From Pseudotamlana carrageenivorans (GTDB lineage: Bacteria; Bacteroidota; Bacteroidia; Flavobacteriales; Flavobacteriaceae): a stretch of 64,000 nucleotides of DNA. Positions 1 to 9,302 of the stretch are shown in pieces. The first letter of the stretch is position 1. The number at the start of each line of letters is the position of its first letter. The notes under the pieces were generated by a model, which was not told the origin of the DNA, did no database searches, and was given only the letters and a program-made list of their open reading frames with translations. The stretch lies in assembly GCF_002893765.1 (NCBI RefSeq), contig NZ_CP025938.1, positions 1,822,673 to 1,886,672 on the forward strand. Reading direction: 5' to 3'. Position numbers and translations under genes: made by a program.

Positions 1-413
1 GTTTAGGAACTGAAGATATTGAGCTGTATATTAACAGTCCTGGTGGTTATGTGACTTCGGGTTTCGCTATTTACGATTGCATTAAGGCGTTAAATAGTGA
101 GGTGTCTACCATATGTACGGGGTTTGCTGCGTCGATGGGTTCTATTATTTTATCGGCAGGAGCAAAAGGGAAACGTTTTATTCAGCCTCATGCTCGTGTG
201 ATGATTCATCAGCCTAGTGGAGGTGCTCGTGGTCAGGCCAGTGATATTGAAATTACGGCTAAAGAAATTATTATCACTAAGGAGTTAAGTGCTAAAATTT
301 TAGCAGACAATTGTGGTCAAGATTACGAGAAAGTCATGAAAGACTTTAATCGCGACCACTGGATGAGTGCCGAAGAATCGGTGGCTTATGGCATCGTTGA
401 TGGGGTGAAGTAA
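1..413 (+). CDS. clpP: ATP-dependent Clp protease proteolytic subunit ClpP, partial at the 5' end (reading frame starts at nt 3)
   Basis: The frame is open from nt 3 and reads ...LYINSPGGYVTSGFAIYD...MIHQPSGGARGQASD, with the ClpP Ser/His active-site motifs. The listed ORF 51..413 is only the part after an internal Met. Confidence 0.85.
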   Translation, partial: LGTEDIELYINSPGGYVTSGFAIYDCIKALNSEVSTICTGFAASMGSIILSAGAKGKRFIQPHARVMIHQPSGGARGQASDIEITAKEIIITKELSAKILADNCGQDYEKVMKDFNRDHWMSAEESVAYGIVDGVK

Positions 414-565
414 AGTCAGGCCCCCTAACCCCAAAAGGGGAACTTTTACTCATTCCTAATAAAATATTGAGAATATCAGATTAAATTATAGAACTAAAAT
501 TTAATACACCGATTCCCATTTGAGTGTTCCTCCCCTTCGGGGAGGCTAGGTGGGGCTCTTTCATT

Positions 566-1492
566 ATGCTACAAAACGAACTTAACAAAGCGGAAGGTTT
601 TAAAAACCTCGAACTTCTTGCAAAACAAGTGGTCGAGGGCTTTATTGCGGGTATGCATAAGAGTCCGTTTCATGGCTTTTCGGCAGAATTTGCCGAACAT
701 AAAATTTACAATCAAGGCGAAAGTACCCGTCATATCGATTGGAAGTTGTTTGCAAAAACCGAAAAACTATACACGAAGCGCTACGACGATGAAACCAACT
801 TGCGTTGCCATATGATTATAGATAATAGCAGTTCGATGCATTATCCTAAAAGGCAGACTTTCTGCATAGATCATTTGAATAAAATAGGATTTTCGGTGTT
901 AGCAGCTGCTGCGCTGATGCACATATTAAAGAAGCAACGTGATGCTGTAGGATTGAGTGTGTATAGCGATCAGTACGATTATTACGCACCAGAAAAGGGG
1001 AGTGAGCGACACCATCAAATGTTATTAAGTGCTTTGAGTGAGGTGGCTATTTCCAATTCGGAAAAGAAACAAACGGATACCTATAAGTATTTGCATGAAA
1101 TCGCAGAGAAAATCCATAAACGCTCCATGATTTTTTTGTTTACGGATATGTTTCAAGCTTCGGAAGATGATTCTAAAATGTTTGAAGCCTTACGTCATTT
1201 AAAATATAACAAGCATGAAGTGGTGTTATTTCATGTTATGGATAAAAAGAAGGAGTTGGAATTTAATTTTAGCAATACACCAAAACGGTTTGTAGATGTT
1301 GAAACGGGGGAATATATTAACTTATATGCCGATGCCGTTAAGGAAAGTTATCGGGATACCGTAAAAAAGTATTTTACTAACTTACGTTTGAAATGCGGAC
1401 AGTATAAAATAAAGTATGTGGAGGCCGATATTAACGCCGATTTTAATCAGATACTAACAACGTATTTAATCGAGCGTCAAAAATTCACTTAA
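566..1492 (+). CDS. DUF58 (vWA-like, MoxR-associated) family protein; internal Met at 566 chosen, the ORF is open from 524
   Basis: 308 aa with a DUF58-like pattern (HxxxFSAEFAEH...YxxGD...IDWK). A stable UUCG-tetraloop hairpin (cctccccTTCGgggagg) at 530-547 overlaps the annotated 524 start, so the start at 566 is preferred. Confidence 0.55.
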   Translation: MLQNELNKAEGFKNLELLAKQVVEGFIAGMHKSPFHGFSAEFAEHKIYNQGESTRHIDWKLFAKTEKLYTKRYDDETNLRCHMIIDNSSSMHYPKRQTFCIDHLNKIGFSVLAAAALMHILKKQRDAVGLSVYSDQYDYYAPEKGSERHHQMLLSALSEVAISNSEKKQTDTYKYLHEIAEKIHKRSMIFLFTDMFQASEDDSKMFEALRHLKYNKHEVVLFHVMDKKKELEFNFSNTPKRFVDVETGEYINLYADAVKESYRDTVKKYFTNLRLKCGQYKIKYVEADINADFNQILTTYLIERQKFT

Positions 1493-1640
1493 AAGGGCTT
1501 TTTTTATTAAATAAAATATATTTATTAAATAGTTGATTTTCAGGGGCTATTAAAATAAATGAAAATTTTTATAAAAAAAACTCAAAAAACGTTTGTGAAA
1601 TTTAAAAAGGCGTGTATCTTTGCACTCGCAATAAAGCAAC

Positions 1641-1714
1641 GGTCTGGTAGTTCAGTTGGTTAGAATGTCGCCCTGTCACGGCGAAGGTCGCGGGTTCGAG
1701 TCCCGTCCAGACCG
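1641..1714 (+). tRNA. tRNA-Asp (anticodon GTC)
   Basis: Cloverleaf with acceptor stem ggtctgg/ccagacc, anticodon loop cTGTCAc and T-arm gcgggTTCGAgtcccgt; 74 nt. Confidence 0.85.
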
Positions 1715-2126
1715 CTAAAATTGCAAAAAGAAAGCTCTGAGAAATTAGGGCTTTTTTTGGCAATTATAATGAGGTTGTGTTGTTCACGCTATAAGCGTGA
1801 TGTAGTTTACCAAAGTTATTTTGGTATTCCAATGGAAAGCTTTCCTTTTTTCCTTAAGTCCTGATGACTATCAGGATCTAGAAAATGGGGATGCTTTTTT
1901 GTTTTAGGGCGGTTTGTGCTTGATCCTAGAAAGCTCGTAAAAAGGGATCAAGCACAAAAGTTGGGGAGTATTTAAAAAAAGAAGATCTTTGAATAAAAAT
2001 TTTTAATGTCATCAGATTCATTATTAGCCATAGCCAATTTATTACTTCCAGAAATACTTATGAAGTATTTTGATTTGGACAAGCACGAAATTAAAGGAGA
2101 AGCGGATCAGTCCTAAAAGTTGGGGA

Positions 2127-3071
2127 CTAGGCATAAATTTGTGCTAATCTAAAGAGGAAGAATTCCTTATTTCTCACACCTCTAAGTTGTTGTCTAAAGG
2201 CTTTGATCTTTGCATTAAAAGATTCAGCGGCCGCATTGGTACTTCTGTTGTCAAAATAGTTTAATATTCCCCTGTAATTTAGGGAGATTGTGTTCATAAC
2301 AACTCTAAAGCTTTTAAAGCCACTATTTTCAATTTGATTGTACCAAAGTGCCAATTTAGTCATTGCTATATTTTTGTCTGTACAAGTATTATAAATTACT
2401 CTTAGCTGGTTTGACAAGTCATAAGCTTCCTTTATCATAGGGTATTGCATGAATAAAATTCCTGCCCTTTCCTTTTGGGAACTAGTCCATTTGTCAGGAC
2501 TTTTGAATAGAAGATACCTACTTCGTGCTAGCAGTTGTTTGCGCGTATCCCCGTTACTAAATACTTCTGCTAGATACTGGTAGTTATTATTTTTAGCTGT
2601 CTTGATAGCCTCATTTTCTAGTTCTAGAGCTTGCCAGCGGTATTTTACTCTAATGTCTTGTACAGCATCAGAAGCTAGTTGTTGTACATGAAAGCGATCA
2701 ATGACTTGCACGGCTCTTGGGAAGCTCTTCTTTGCAATTAGTTTCATGCTACCGGCCATATCTAAGGTTATTTCTTCTACCAACCTCCGCTTGCCTTCAG
2801 GTATCTTTTTAAGATATTTAATAACCTCTTCGGCCTTAGTTCCTGAAATAATAGCTACAATAGAACCTGCTCTACCTTTGGCTTTTTTATTGGTTACTAC
2901 GGTGTATAACTCTCCTTGTGAAAGTGCTATTTCATCTATAGATAATCGTTTGCCAATATTTTGAGGGTAGACTAACCATTTGGAGGATCGCTCAAGGTAT
3001 TCCCAATCTTTAAATTCACTTAAATAATCTCGATATTGGCGCTGTAGCTTTTTACCATCTAAACCATACAA
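2127..3071 (-). CDS. ISL3-family transposase, C-terminal (DDE) ORF; TTG start as listed
   Basis: 314 aa ending ...NAAAESFNAKIKAFRQQLRGVRNKEFFLFRLAQIYA, a typical ISL3 DDE C-terminus. Confidence 0.7.
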   Translation of the reverse strand: MYGLDGKKLQRQYRDYLSEFKDWEYLERSSKWLVYPQNIGKRLSIDEIALSQGELYTVVTNKKAKGRAGSIVAIISGTKAEEVIKYLKKIPEGKRRLVEEITLDMAGSMKLIAKKSFPRAVQVIDRFHVQQLASDAVQDIRVKYRWQALELENEAIKTAKNNNYQYLAEVFSNGDTRKQLLARSRYLLFKSPDKWTSSQKERAGILFMQYPMIKEAYDLSNQLRVIYNTCTDKNIAMTKLALWYNQIENSGFKSFRVVMNTISLNYRGILNYFDNRSTNAAAESFNAKIKAFRQQLRGVRNKEFFLFRLAQIYA

Positions 3072-3102
3072 ATTAGCTATAGTTTGCGTGCTAGTATTGT
3101 TA

Positions 3103-3453
3103 TTATCGATTAATTTCTTTTAAAAAAGCGGCAAACTCGGTGGTCATACGAGTGCCTTTTTCTACATTATTCCAGTCTCTTTGCAGGGTTTCTTTTGTGT
3201 CTACATCACGCCATCTGCGGCGCTTTAAATGCAGATAAACTAGTTTCCCTCTAAGTGGAAAATCCTCGATAATTATTTCTTTATGAAAACCTTTAGATTC
3301 TACTTTACGTGTTTTAAAACTATTTGGGACAATGTTCTTCTCTTCGAAATACAACCGAAGTTTATCTTCTGTTGAAGAACTACTTTTAAAACTAAAATGA
3401 GCTACCAGAAAATCAGGTAGTAATAAGGATAATAAATCTTTAGAAATTTCCAC
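3103..3453 (-). CDS. ISL3-family transposase, N-terminal ORF; separated from the DDE ORF by a frame change at a T6A4 tract
   Basis: 116 aa MEISKDLLSLLLPDFLV...HLKRRRW, homologous to the N-terminal fragment of copy B. The same split occurs in copy B. Confidence 0.6.
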   Translation of the reverse strand: MEISKDLLSLLLPDFLVAHFSFKSSSSTEDKLRLYFEEKNIVPNSFKTRKVESKGFHKEIIIEDFPLRGKLVYLHLKRRRWRDVDTKETLQRDWNNVEKGTRMTTEFAAFLKEINR

Positions 3454-3910
3454 GGAATTTAATTTTTTCCAAAGATAAAATTATTTTTACTCCCCAACTT
3501 TTGCTCTTGATCCGGAGAAGCACTACATTTTTATTTTACAGAACTAAACACGATTCCCGAAGAATTTAATGGAACTAAACTTCATTCCAAAGGCTTCTTT
3601 TCTGAGGCTACCGTTCAAGACTTCCCTATACGAGGTAAAAATGTTTACCTTCATATAAAACGCCGCAGATGGCTGAATAAGCAAACCAATGAAGTGGTTC
3701 ATAGAGATTGGAATTTAGTAGCACAGGGAACACGGATGACCGCCGAGTTTGCTGATTTTTTAAAAGAAATTAGTCCATACTAAAGCTACGGATTGCCACA
3801 CCATTGGATTTTTCTACGGTGTTAACGGCAAGAAACTGCAACGCCAGTACAAAGATCACTTAAGTGATTTTAAATCTTGGGATCAAAAAGCCCATGCAAA
3901 AGATTGGCTA

Positions 3911-4756
3911 TTGTACCCTGAGAATCTAGGAAGCTACCTATCGCTTGACGAAACCGCTTTTTGCAATGGCGAACTCTACACCATCTTAACCAATAAAGAT
4001 GCCAAAGGAAAGAAAGGCTCTATAGTAGCTATAGTTAAAGGAACTAAAGCTGAAACAGTGATAAAAATACTTCATGAAATTCCTTTAAAACAAAGAAATA
4101 AAGTTAAAGAAGTGACTCTGGATATGGCAGGAAACATGGGACTCATTGTTAAAAAATCATTCCCCAATGCCTGCTTAGTTATAGACCGTTTTCATGTGCA
4201 GAAATTAGCATTGGACGCTTTGCAAGAAATAAGAATAAAACACAGGTGGGAAGCCATCGATTTTGAAAATGATGCCATAGAAGACGCTAGAAGTAAATCT
4301 TTAAAATACACACCTGAAATACTTCCAAACGGAGATACATTAAAACAACTACTGGCAAGAGGAAGATATTTACTCTATAAGCCAAGCAATAAGTGGACTG
4401 AAAACCAAGCTAAAAGATCAGTGATACTATTTAAACACTATCCTGATATAGAAAAAGCATACAAACTATGCCAGAACTTATCTTGGATTTTTAACAATAC
4501 TCAGGATAAAACTTCCGCATTAACACGATTAGCTAAATGGGATGAAAAAGTTAGACAAGCAGCCTTTAAAAGCTTTAATACTATATCCAGAACCATGTCT
4601 GTTCACTATCAAAACATTCTAAACTATTTTGATAATAGAAGTACCAACGCTTCAGCAGAAGCTTTCAATGCTAAAATTAAGGCTTTTAGAGCACAGTTCA
4701 GAGGCGTGAGAAACGTAAAATTCTTCCTCTATAGATTAACTACTATTTTTGCTTAA
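3911..4756 (+). CDS. ISL3-family transposase, C-terminal (DDE) ORF of copy B
   Basis: 281 aa, about 60% identical to the 2127..3071 product (…FDNRSTNASAEAFNAKIKAFRAQFRGVRNVKFFLYRLTTIFA). The N-terminal coding region 3514-3783 is present on the + strand but lacks a start codon because copy A was inserted. Confidence 0.65.
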   Translation: MYPENLGSYLSLDETAFCNGELYTILTNKDAKGKKGSIVAIVKGTKAETVIKILHEIPLKQRNKVKEVTLDMAGNMGLIVKKSFPNACLVIDRFHVQKLALDALQEIRIKHRWEAIDFENDAIEDARSKSLKYTPEILPNGDTLKQLLARGRYLLYKPSNKWTENQAKRSVILFKHYPDIEKAYKLCQNLSWIFNNTQDKTSALTRLAKWDEKVRQAAFKSFNTISRTMSVHYQNILNYFDNRSTNASAEAFNAKIKAFRAQFRGVRNVKFFLYRLTTIFA

Positions 4757-4796
4757 TTCTAAAATCCCCCAACTTTTGCTCTTGATCCGTAAAAAG

Positions 4797-5622
4797 GCGT
4801 GTTGCCAGGGGTGTTGCTCGTAGTGGCTTGAATGGCTATGATGTGGTTTAGCCACGGATTAAAATATTTTCTGGCATCAATTTCATATTTAGAAAATTGG
4901 TAGGTACTTCCTAAAAATTTTGGGTTGGTTAAAATGTAAGTCATTACATAGGTCCCTTGTTGCGGGTTGTACCTGTTGTCGCGGCTATCATAAGAAAAAG
5001 CTAATCCTGTACCTAAGGCAATACCTCCGTCTAAGCCTGTAACTTTGTCTCGGATTAAAAAACTATCTGGTTCGGTTTCAATATTAAAATAACTAGAAAA
5101 ATTAATAGGTACCCCAACGTAGAAGTATTTGTTGAAACGAAACATGTAGGTAGAAAAAAACTTGATGCTTTCCAGTTGGATTTCTTCTACATCCTCTCTT
5201 TTAACGTTATTACCAATTCCAAAAATATAATCGGGCTGTTTTTTATAATTTATGTAGGCCTCTACAACACGATTGTTTTCTTTAAAGATAAGTTCTGTGG
5301 AAATGGAAGCGTTAATTTGACCCCTAGAGGATAAGGTGAACAATTCTGATAGTTTGGAAGGTTTCGAAATCGTATCCTTTTGGGATAGTTGTAAAATGTT
5401 AAATTTGGTTAATCCATAAATATTACCAGCTTCTGGAAGATGAGAATAAATAGGTACAGGGAATTTCTTAAAAAAGGCTTCAGCTTTTTTATTGAATTGG
5501 TCAAACTTTGACTCGTGTTTAGTGCTATCCGTTTTCTTTCTATGAATTGTGGAGTCATGCTGTGCGATAATAGAGATCGAACAAATGAGCAGTGATAGAA
5601 AAATATGCCTTTTCATAAGCAT
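4797..5622 (-). pseudogene. Outer-membrane beta-barrel protein (Omp85/surface-antigen-like C-terminal TPFY motif); 3' end displaced by the ISL3 insertion
   Basis: Signal peptide MLMKRHIFLSLLICSISIIAQ. The last 8 residues of the listed ORF (GSRAKVGGF) are read from the ISL3 inverted repeat. With ISL3-B removed, the frame continues into 1942..~1898 (…NTPFYELSRIKHKPP*). Confidence 0.4.
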
Positions 5623-5836
5623 TTTAAATTGACCAAGTAGTAAGGGGTATTTATATAGCTTTGGCGAAGGTAGGTTTATTTTTTATTAATAGAAATGCTT
5701 AATAAAGCAATGTGCTGTTCTTTTGGCATACAAATATTATTTTTTTGAGGTTTTGGTGAAAATGTGCTATTGTTATTTTTTATCTTATGTTTAAAAGGAA
5801 AGCTTTTCCTATGTTGAATTTTTAAAGTGTATTTGA

Positions 5837-6202
5837 ATGAAAAAAGTATATCATGTTTTATTTATTTTAGGTCTTTTTATGGGTTTTAACTCATGCGGAT
5901 CTGATGATGCTGAAAATGCTATTGATTGCCTTTTTGAACCCGTAAATTTCAATGTAAATCATGTGATATCACCCAAAAACTCAAAGGAAGTGTCTTTTAT
6001 CTTGTTGTATACTGGTGAACATAATTTAGATGAAGAGGTCACATGGAATTTTGGAGATGGTACTACTCTGAAAATTTCAGGAACTAGGGCGACGCATACT
6101 TATTCTGATGCAGGATCGTATAAGGTGGTGGTAAAACCTACTGTTAGAAACGGAGATGCCTTTTGTTCTCCAAGTGTAGATAGGAATATTAATGTAGAGT
6201 AG
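5837..6202 (+). CDS. PKD-domain lipoprotein
   Basis: Lipoprotein signal (…GFNSCGSDD) and a PKD-like WNFGDGT…HTYSDAGSYKVVV motif. Confidence 0.55.
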   Translation: MKKVYHVLFILGLFMGFNSCGSDDAENAIDCLFEPVNFNVNHVISPKNSKEVSFILLYTGEHNLDEEVTWNFGDGTTLKISGTRATHTYSDAGSYKVVVKPTVRNGDAFCSPSVDRNINVE

Positions 6203-6303
6203 TTCAGGTTTTTAGTACATGTGAATTTTTCTAAAAAAATAAATCATGAGTAGCAATGAGTAATTTTGTACATTGCATGAGTTATACAATTTTATAATCA
6301 TTT

Positions 6304-7305
6304 ATGGTGACATTAAAACAATTGGCTAAAGAGCTAAATGTATCGATTTCTACAGTTTCAAAAGCCCTAAATAATAGCACCGAGATAGGTGGCGAAACCG
6401 TAAAACGTGTTAAAGAACTCGCCGAATTATATAACTATAAACCCAACAAGGTTGCTTTAAGTTTAAAACAGAATAAAACCAAAACTATTGGTGTTATAAT
6501 TCCTAATATTCTGAATCATTTTTTGGCTAAAGTTCTTTTCGGAATCGAACGAGAGGCGACTAAACACGGTTATAATATCATTACTTGTATTTCTAATGAA
6601 TCTTTAGCTCAGGAAAAGGAAAGCTTACAATTACTGGCCAGCGGAAGTGTTGATGGATTTATCTTGTCCATGGCCGAAGAAACGCAAATTAAAGGTGAGG
6701 TTGAGCATTTCAAAAGAACCATTAGTCAGGGGTTACCTGTGGTCATGTTTGATCGCGTTGCTCACGATGTGATGTGCGATAAAGTGATTGTAGATGATTT
6801 TGAATCCACCTATAATGCTACAAAAACCTTATTAGCCGAAAACCGGAAAACTATAGGTTTTATTAGTAACATCAACGATTTAAGTGTTGGGAAACTTCGA
6901 GAACGCGGTTATAATAAAGCGATTTTAGAAGCCGGTATGGAGGCACTGGTTTTAAAACTTAAGAAAAAAGATGATCAGCAGAAAAAGATTAAGAGTTTTT
7001 TCAAGAAAAATGGTCAGCTAGATGGTATTATTGCTGCCGATAGTTCTTCGGGAATAATTGGCTTAAATATGGCTGTGAATTTTGGTTTAAAAGTACCAAA
7101 GGATATCTCTGTAATTGGTTTTGCTAGTAAGTCCGATTCTTATCATACCTTACCCAGATTAACGACCATTCGTCAGCATGCTAAAATTATCGGATCTAAG
7201 GCAGCAGAACTTCTAATAACCAGGCTTCAACAAACGCCAAGGGATGAGAATTTTCGCACTAAAATAGTGAAAACGAGCCTCATAAAAAATAAATCTACAC
7301 TTTAG
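6304..7305 (+). CDS. LacI-family transcriptional regulator
   Basis: N-terminal HTH VTLKQLAKELNVSISTVSKALN plus a periplasmic-binding-protein-like sugar-binding core. Confidence 0.8.
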   Translation: MVTLKQLAKELNVSISTVSKALNNSTEIGGETVKRVKELAELYNYKPNKVALSLKQNKTKTIGVIIPNILNHFLAKVLFGIEREATKHGYNIITCISNESLAQEKESLQLLASGSVDGFILSMAEETQIKGEVEHFKRTISQGLPVVMFDRVAHDVMCDKVIVDDFESTYNATKTLLAENRKTIGFISNINDLSVGKLRERGYNKAILEAGMEALVLKLKKKDDQQKKIKSFFKKNGQLDGIIAADSSSGIIGLNMAVNFGLKVPKDISVIGFASKSDSYHTLPRLTTIRQHAKIIGSKAAELLITRLQQTPRDENFRTKIVKTSLIKNKSTL

Positions 7306-7597
7306 TTTGTTAAAATTTCGGGTATTTCAGCGATTATAGGTTCCTTTTTTAGGGGGGCTTTATAATTTTAAATATTTGTAATTATATTAGAATGCTGAAT
7401 GGTTAAAAAATTGCTTCTTTATTTCCTGTAAAAAATCATTCATGGCTATTTCTGGCCATTTTTCTCTCAATATCCATACGCTAATGGTCGTGCATTTAAG
7501 TGCGATTTCATATGTTTTGTTTAGTTGATTTTTACGGTCTAAAATTCAAAATACATCAATTTTTTAAAATAATATTTAACCTGAAAAACTCAAAAAA

Positions 7598-7744
7598 ATG
7601 AAAATTCTTAAAATCACCTTATTAGTAGCAGTCTTTATCACTTTATTCACTTCTTGTACTAAAGAAGATTTACATGAAGATGATATGTTGATAGACGAAA
7701 CTTCAACGACATTAATCACAAGCGGAAATGTAGTTGAACGCTAA
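7598..7744 (+). CDS. Small acidic lipopeptide precursor (48 aa), paralogue 1 of 3
   Basis: MKILKITLLVAVFITLFTSC|TKEDLHEDDMLIDETSTTLITSGNVVER. It has a signal peptide, a Cys lipobox and acidic residues after Cys+1 (a Bacteroidota surface-export-like signal). The C-terminal TTLITxGNVVER is conserved in all three copies, and differences between copies are mostly synonymous. Confidence 0.55.
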   Translation: MKILKITLLVAVFITLFTSCTKEDLHEDDMLIDETSTTLITSGNVVER

Positions 7745-7829
7745 TAAAAAATAAATTTCTCAAATCAAATAACAATTAAAAAAACGTAAAAATGAGGCCT
7801 AATAGACAAAATGGTTGGTCTTTTAACGC

Positions 7830-8404
7830 CTATTCTTGTACGTCTATTTTTGCTTTTAAAAACTCATTAATAAATTTGATTTTTCTTTGTTTGGTTAATC
7901 CGTTATGATTTCTGAGTTTGTTTTTTAAATCAGAAAAATGCCCATCAATCATATTGGTTGTATTAGGAATATTTAAATCGTAATTATCATACCATGTAAA
8001 TAACCATGTCATATTCGTATTAAGACTTCTATACGCACTCCTAAGTCGTTTATGGGTAAAATGACTCTTGCCTGTTTCATTATTAATAGTTCGCTCATTT
8101 AAAAAGCTTTCCCACTTAATAAACCACATATTTAATCCTCCTTCGAAAGATTCTTTATCTGTATTTTTGAGCATAGCTACATGCGTTTTTAATTCAATTG
8201 AAGCAAGCATTTTCGGGTTCTTAGTTATATATCTTCTTATTGCAGCAACTTGATGAAATTGACAGAGCTGGACAGGTATTCCTTTAAACGTACCAACCAA
8301 GCCTTTTCTACCATCACATACAATAGCAACAATCTCAAAACCTTTAGATTTTAGCTCATTAATCCCCTTTATATACAAAGCGTTAGTTTCTGATTTGACG
8401 TAAT
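7830..8404 (-). pseudogene. IS1-family-like transposase, C-terminal DDE fragment (upstream part displaced by IS21)
   Basis: The first ~17 codons of listed ORF 7830..8456 (GTG start) are read from the IS21 terminal repeat. The real sequence runs from …YYVKSETNAL… to …TTNMIDGHFSDLKNKLRNHNGLTKQRKIKF, which is IS1 InsB-like. Confidence 0.5.
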
Positions 8405-8489
8405 ACCTGGCTATTTCGGAGTGACCATGCCACGTATTTCGGTCAAACCGTGCCACTTTAAGAGATCATACAATAATAGTTAAATTTAA

Positions 8490-9302
8490 TTAATACTGTT
8501 CTTTCAACTTACCTTTTCTCAAGGATTCTCCAGTAAGGTTTATCCTATGCGATGAATTTACAATACGATCTAGTATCGCATCAGCGATAGTGCTTTCGCC
8601 GATAATATCGTACCAAGCGGATACAGGTATTTGTGAAGCTACAATCGTTGCTTTTTTATCATGTCTTTCATCGATTATGTCCATAAGCGCCTCTCTGTCC
8701 TGATTGTCGAAGCTCTGTAAACCAAAATCATCAAGGATAAGCAGATCTACTTTTAATAGTTTTGCAAGTTCTTTAAGGTAAGTGCCATCTACTTTACTTA
8801 GTTTTAATCGTTTCATCAGTCTAGCAGTATTTGTGTATAGGGTTCTTTTATTCATCATACAAGCTTGATGTCCCAATGCCTGAGCTATATAACTTTTACC
8901 CACTCCAGAGGATCCTGTGATAATCAAGTTTTCCTTTTTTTGTACAAAATCTAGAGTAGCCAAACGCTCGAACATATTTCTGTCCAAGCTTCTGTTGTGC
9001 AGGTAATTAATATCTGTAAGTGTAGCTCCCTGCTTAAAGGCTGCTTGCGTTGTAAGCCTTTTTATCTTTCTATTCTGAAGGTCTTCCCATTGGTGATCGG
9101 TAAGCAATGCTAGATATTGATCTGGCGTAAGACCCTCTATTCGGTTATCACTAAGGTGGTTGTGATGGAGTTCAGCCATAGCTGTTAATCTCATTTTTCT
9201 GAGTTTTTCGATGGTGTGATTTGTATTCATATATGTATAAAATTTAAGTGATTTTTTCGTGTTGTTTTTACTTATAATTGGATGCCCCACGGATGTTCGC
9301 AT
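8490..9302 (-). CDS. istB: IS21-family helper ATPase IstB
   Basis: Walker A GSSGVGKSYIA and Walker B DDFG in the IstB/DnaC-like fold. Confidence 0.85.
   Translation of the reverse strand: MRTSVGHPIISKNNTKKSLKFYTYMNTNHTIEKLRKMRLTAMAELHHNHLSDNRIEGLTPDQYLALLTDHQWEDLQNRKIKRLTTQAAFKQGATLTDINYLHNRSLDRNMFERLATLDFVQKKENLIITGSSGVGKSYIAQALGHQACMMNKRTLYTNTARLMKRLKLSKVDGTYLKELAKLLKVDLLILDDFGLQSFDNQDREALMDIIDERHDKKATIVASQIPVSAWYDIIGESTIADAILDRIVNSSHRINLTGESLRKGKLKEQY

Larger units (their letters stand above)
2104..3513 (-). mobile_element. ISL3-family element (copy A) inserted into copy B; 8-bp target-site duplication GGAGAAGC (2096-2103 and 3514-3521)
   Basis: Inverted repeats ggatcagtcctaaaagttggggact (2104-2128) and ctccccaacttttgctcttgatcc (3490-3513) bracket the two transposase ORFs; the direct repeat GGAGAAGC is present on both sides. 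Confidence 0.7.
1943..4788 (+). mobile_element. ISL3-family element (copy B) interrupted by a second ISL3 copy; flanked by the 8-bp target-site duplication GTAAAAAG (1935-1942 and 4789-4796)
   Basis: Left inverted repeat ggatcaagcacaaaagttgggga at 1943-1965, followed by the first ~46 codons of the transposase on the + strand (…LLAIANLLLPEILMKYFDL…). The gene resumes at 3514 and ends with the right inverted repeat tcccccaacttttgctcttgatcc at 4765-4788. Confidence 0.6.

Noticed and set aside
524-565. Annotated start of the DUF58 gene at 524
   Set aside because: The first 14 codons overlap a strong UUCG-tetraloop hairpin and look like 5' UTR. The internal Met at 566 is the more plausible start, though this is uncertain.
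7830-8456. 208-aa ORF with a GTG start taken as an intact transposase
   Set aside because: Its first ~17 codons are IS21 terminal-repeat sequence. It is the C-terminal fragment of the disrupted IS1-like transposase.
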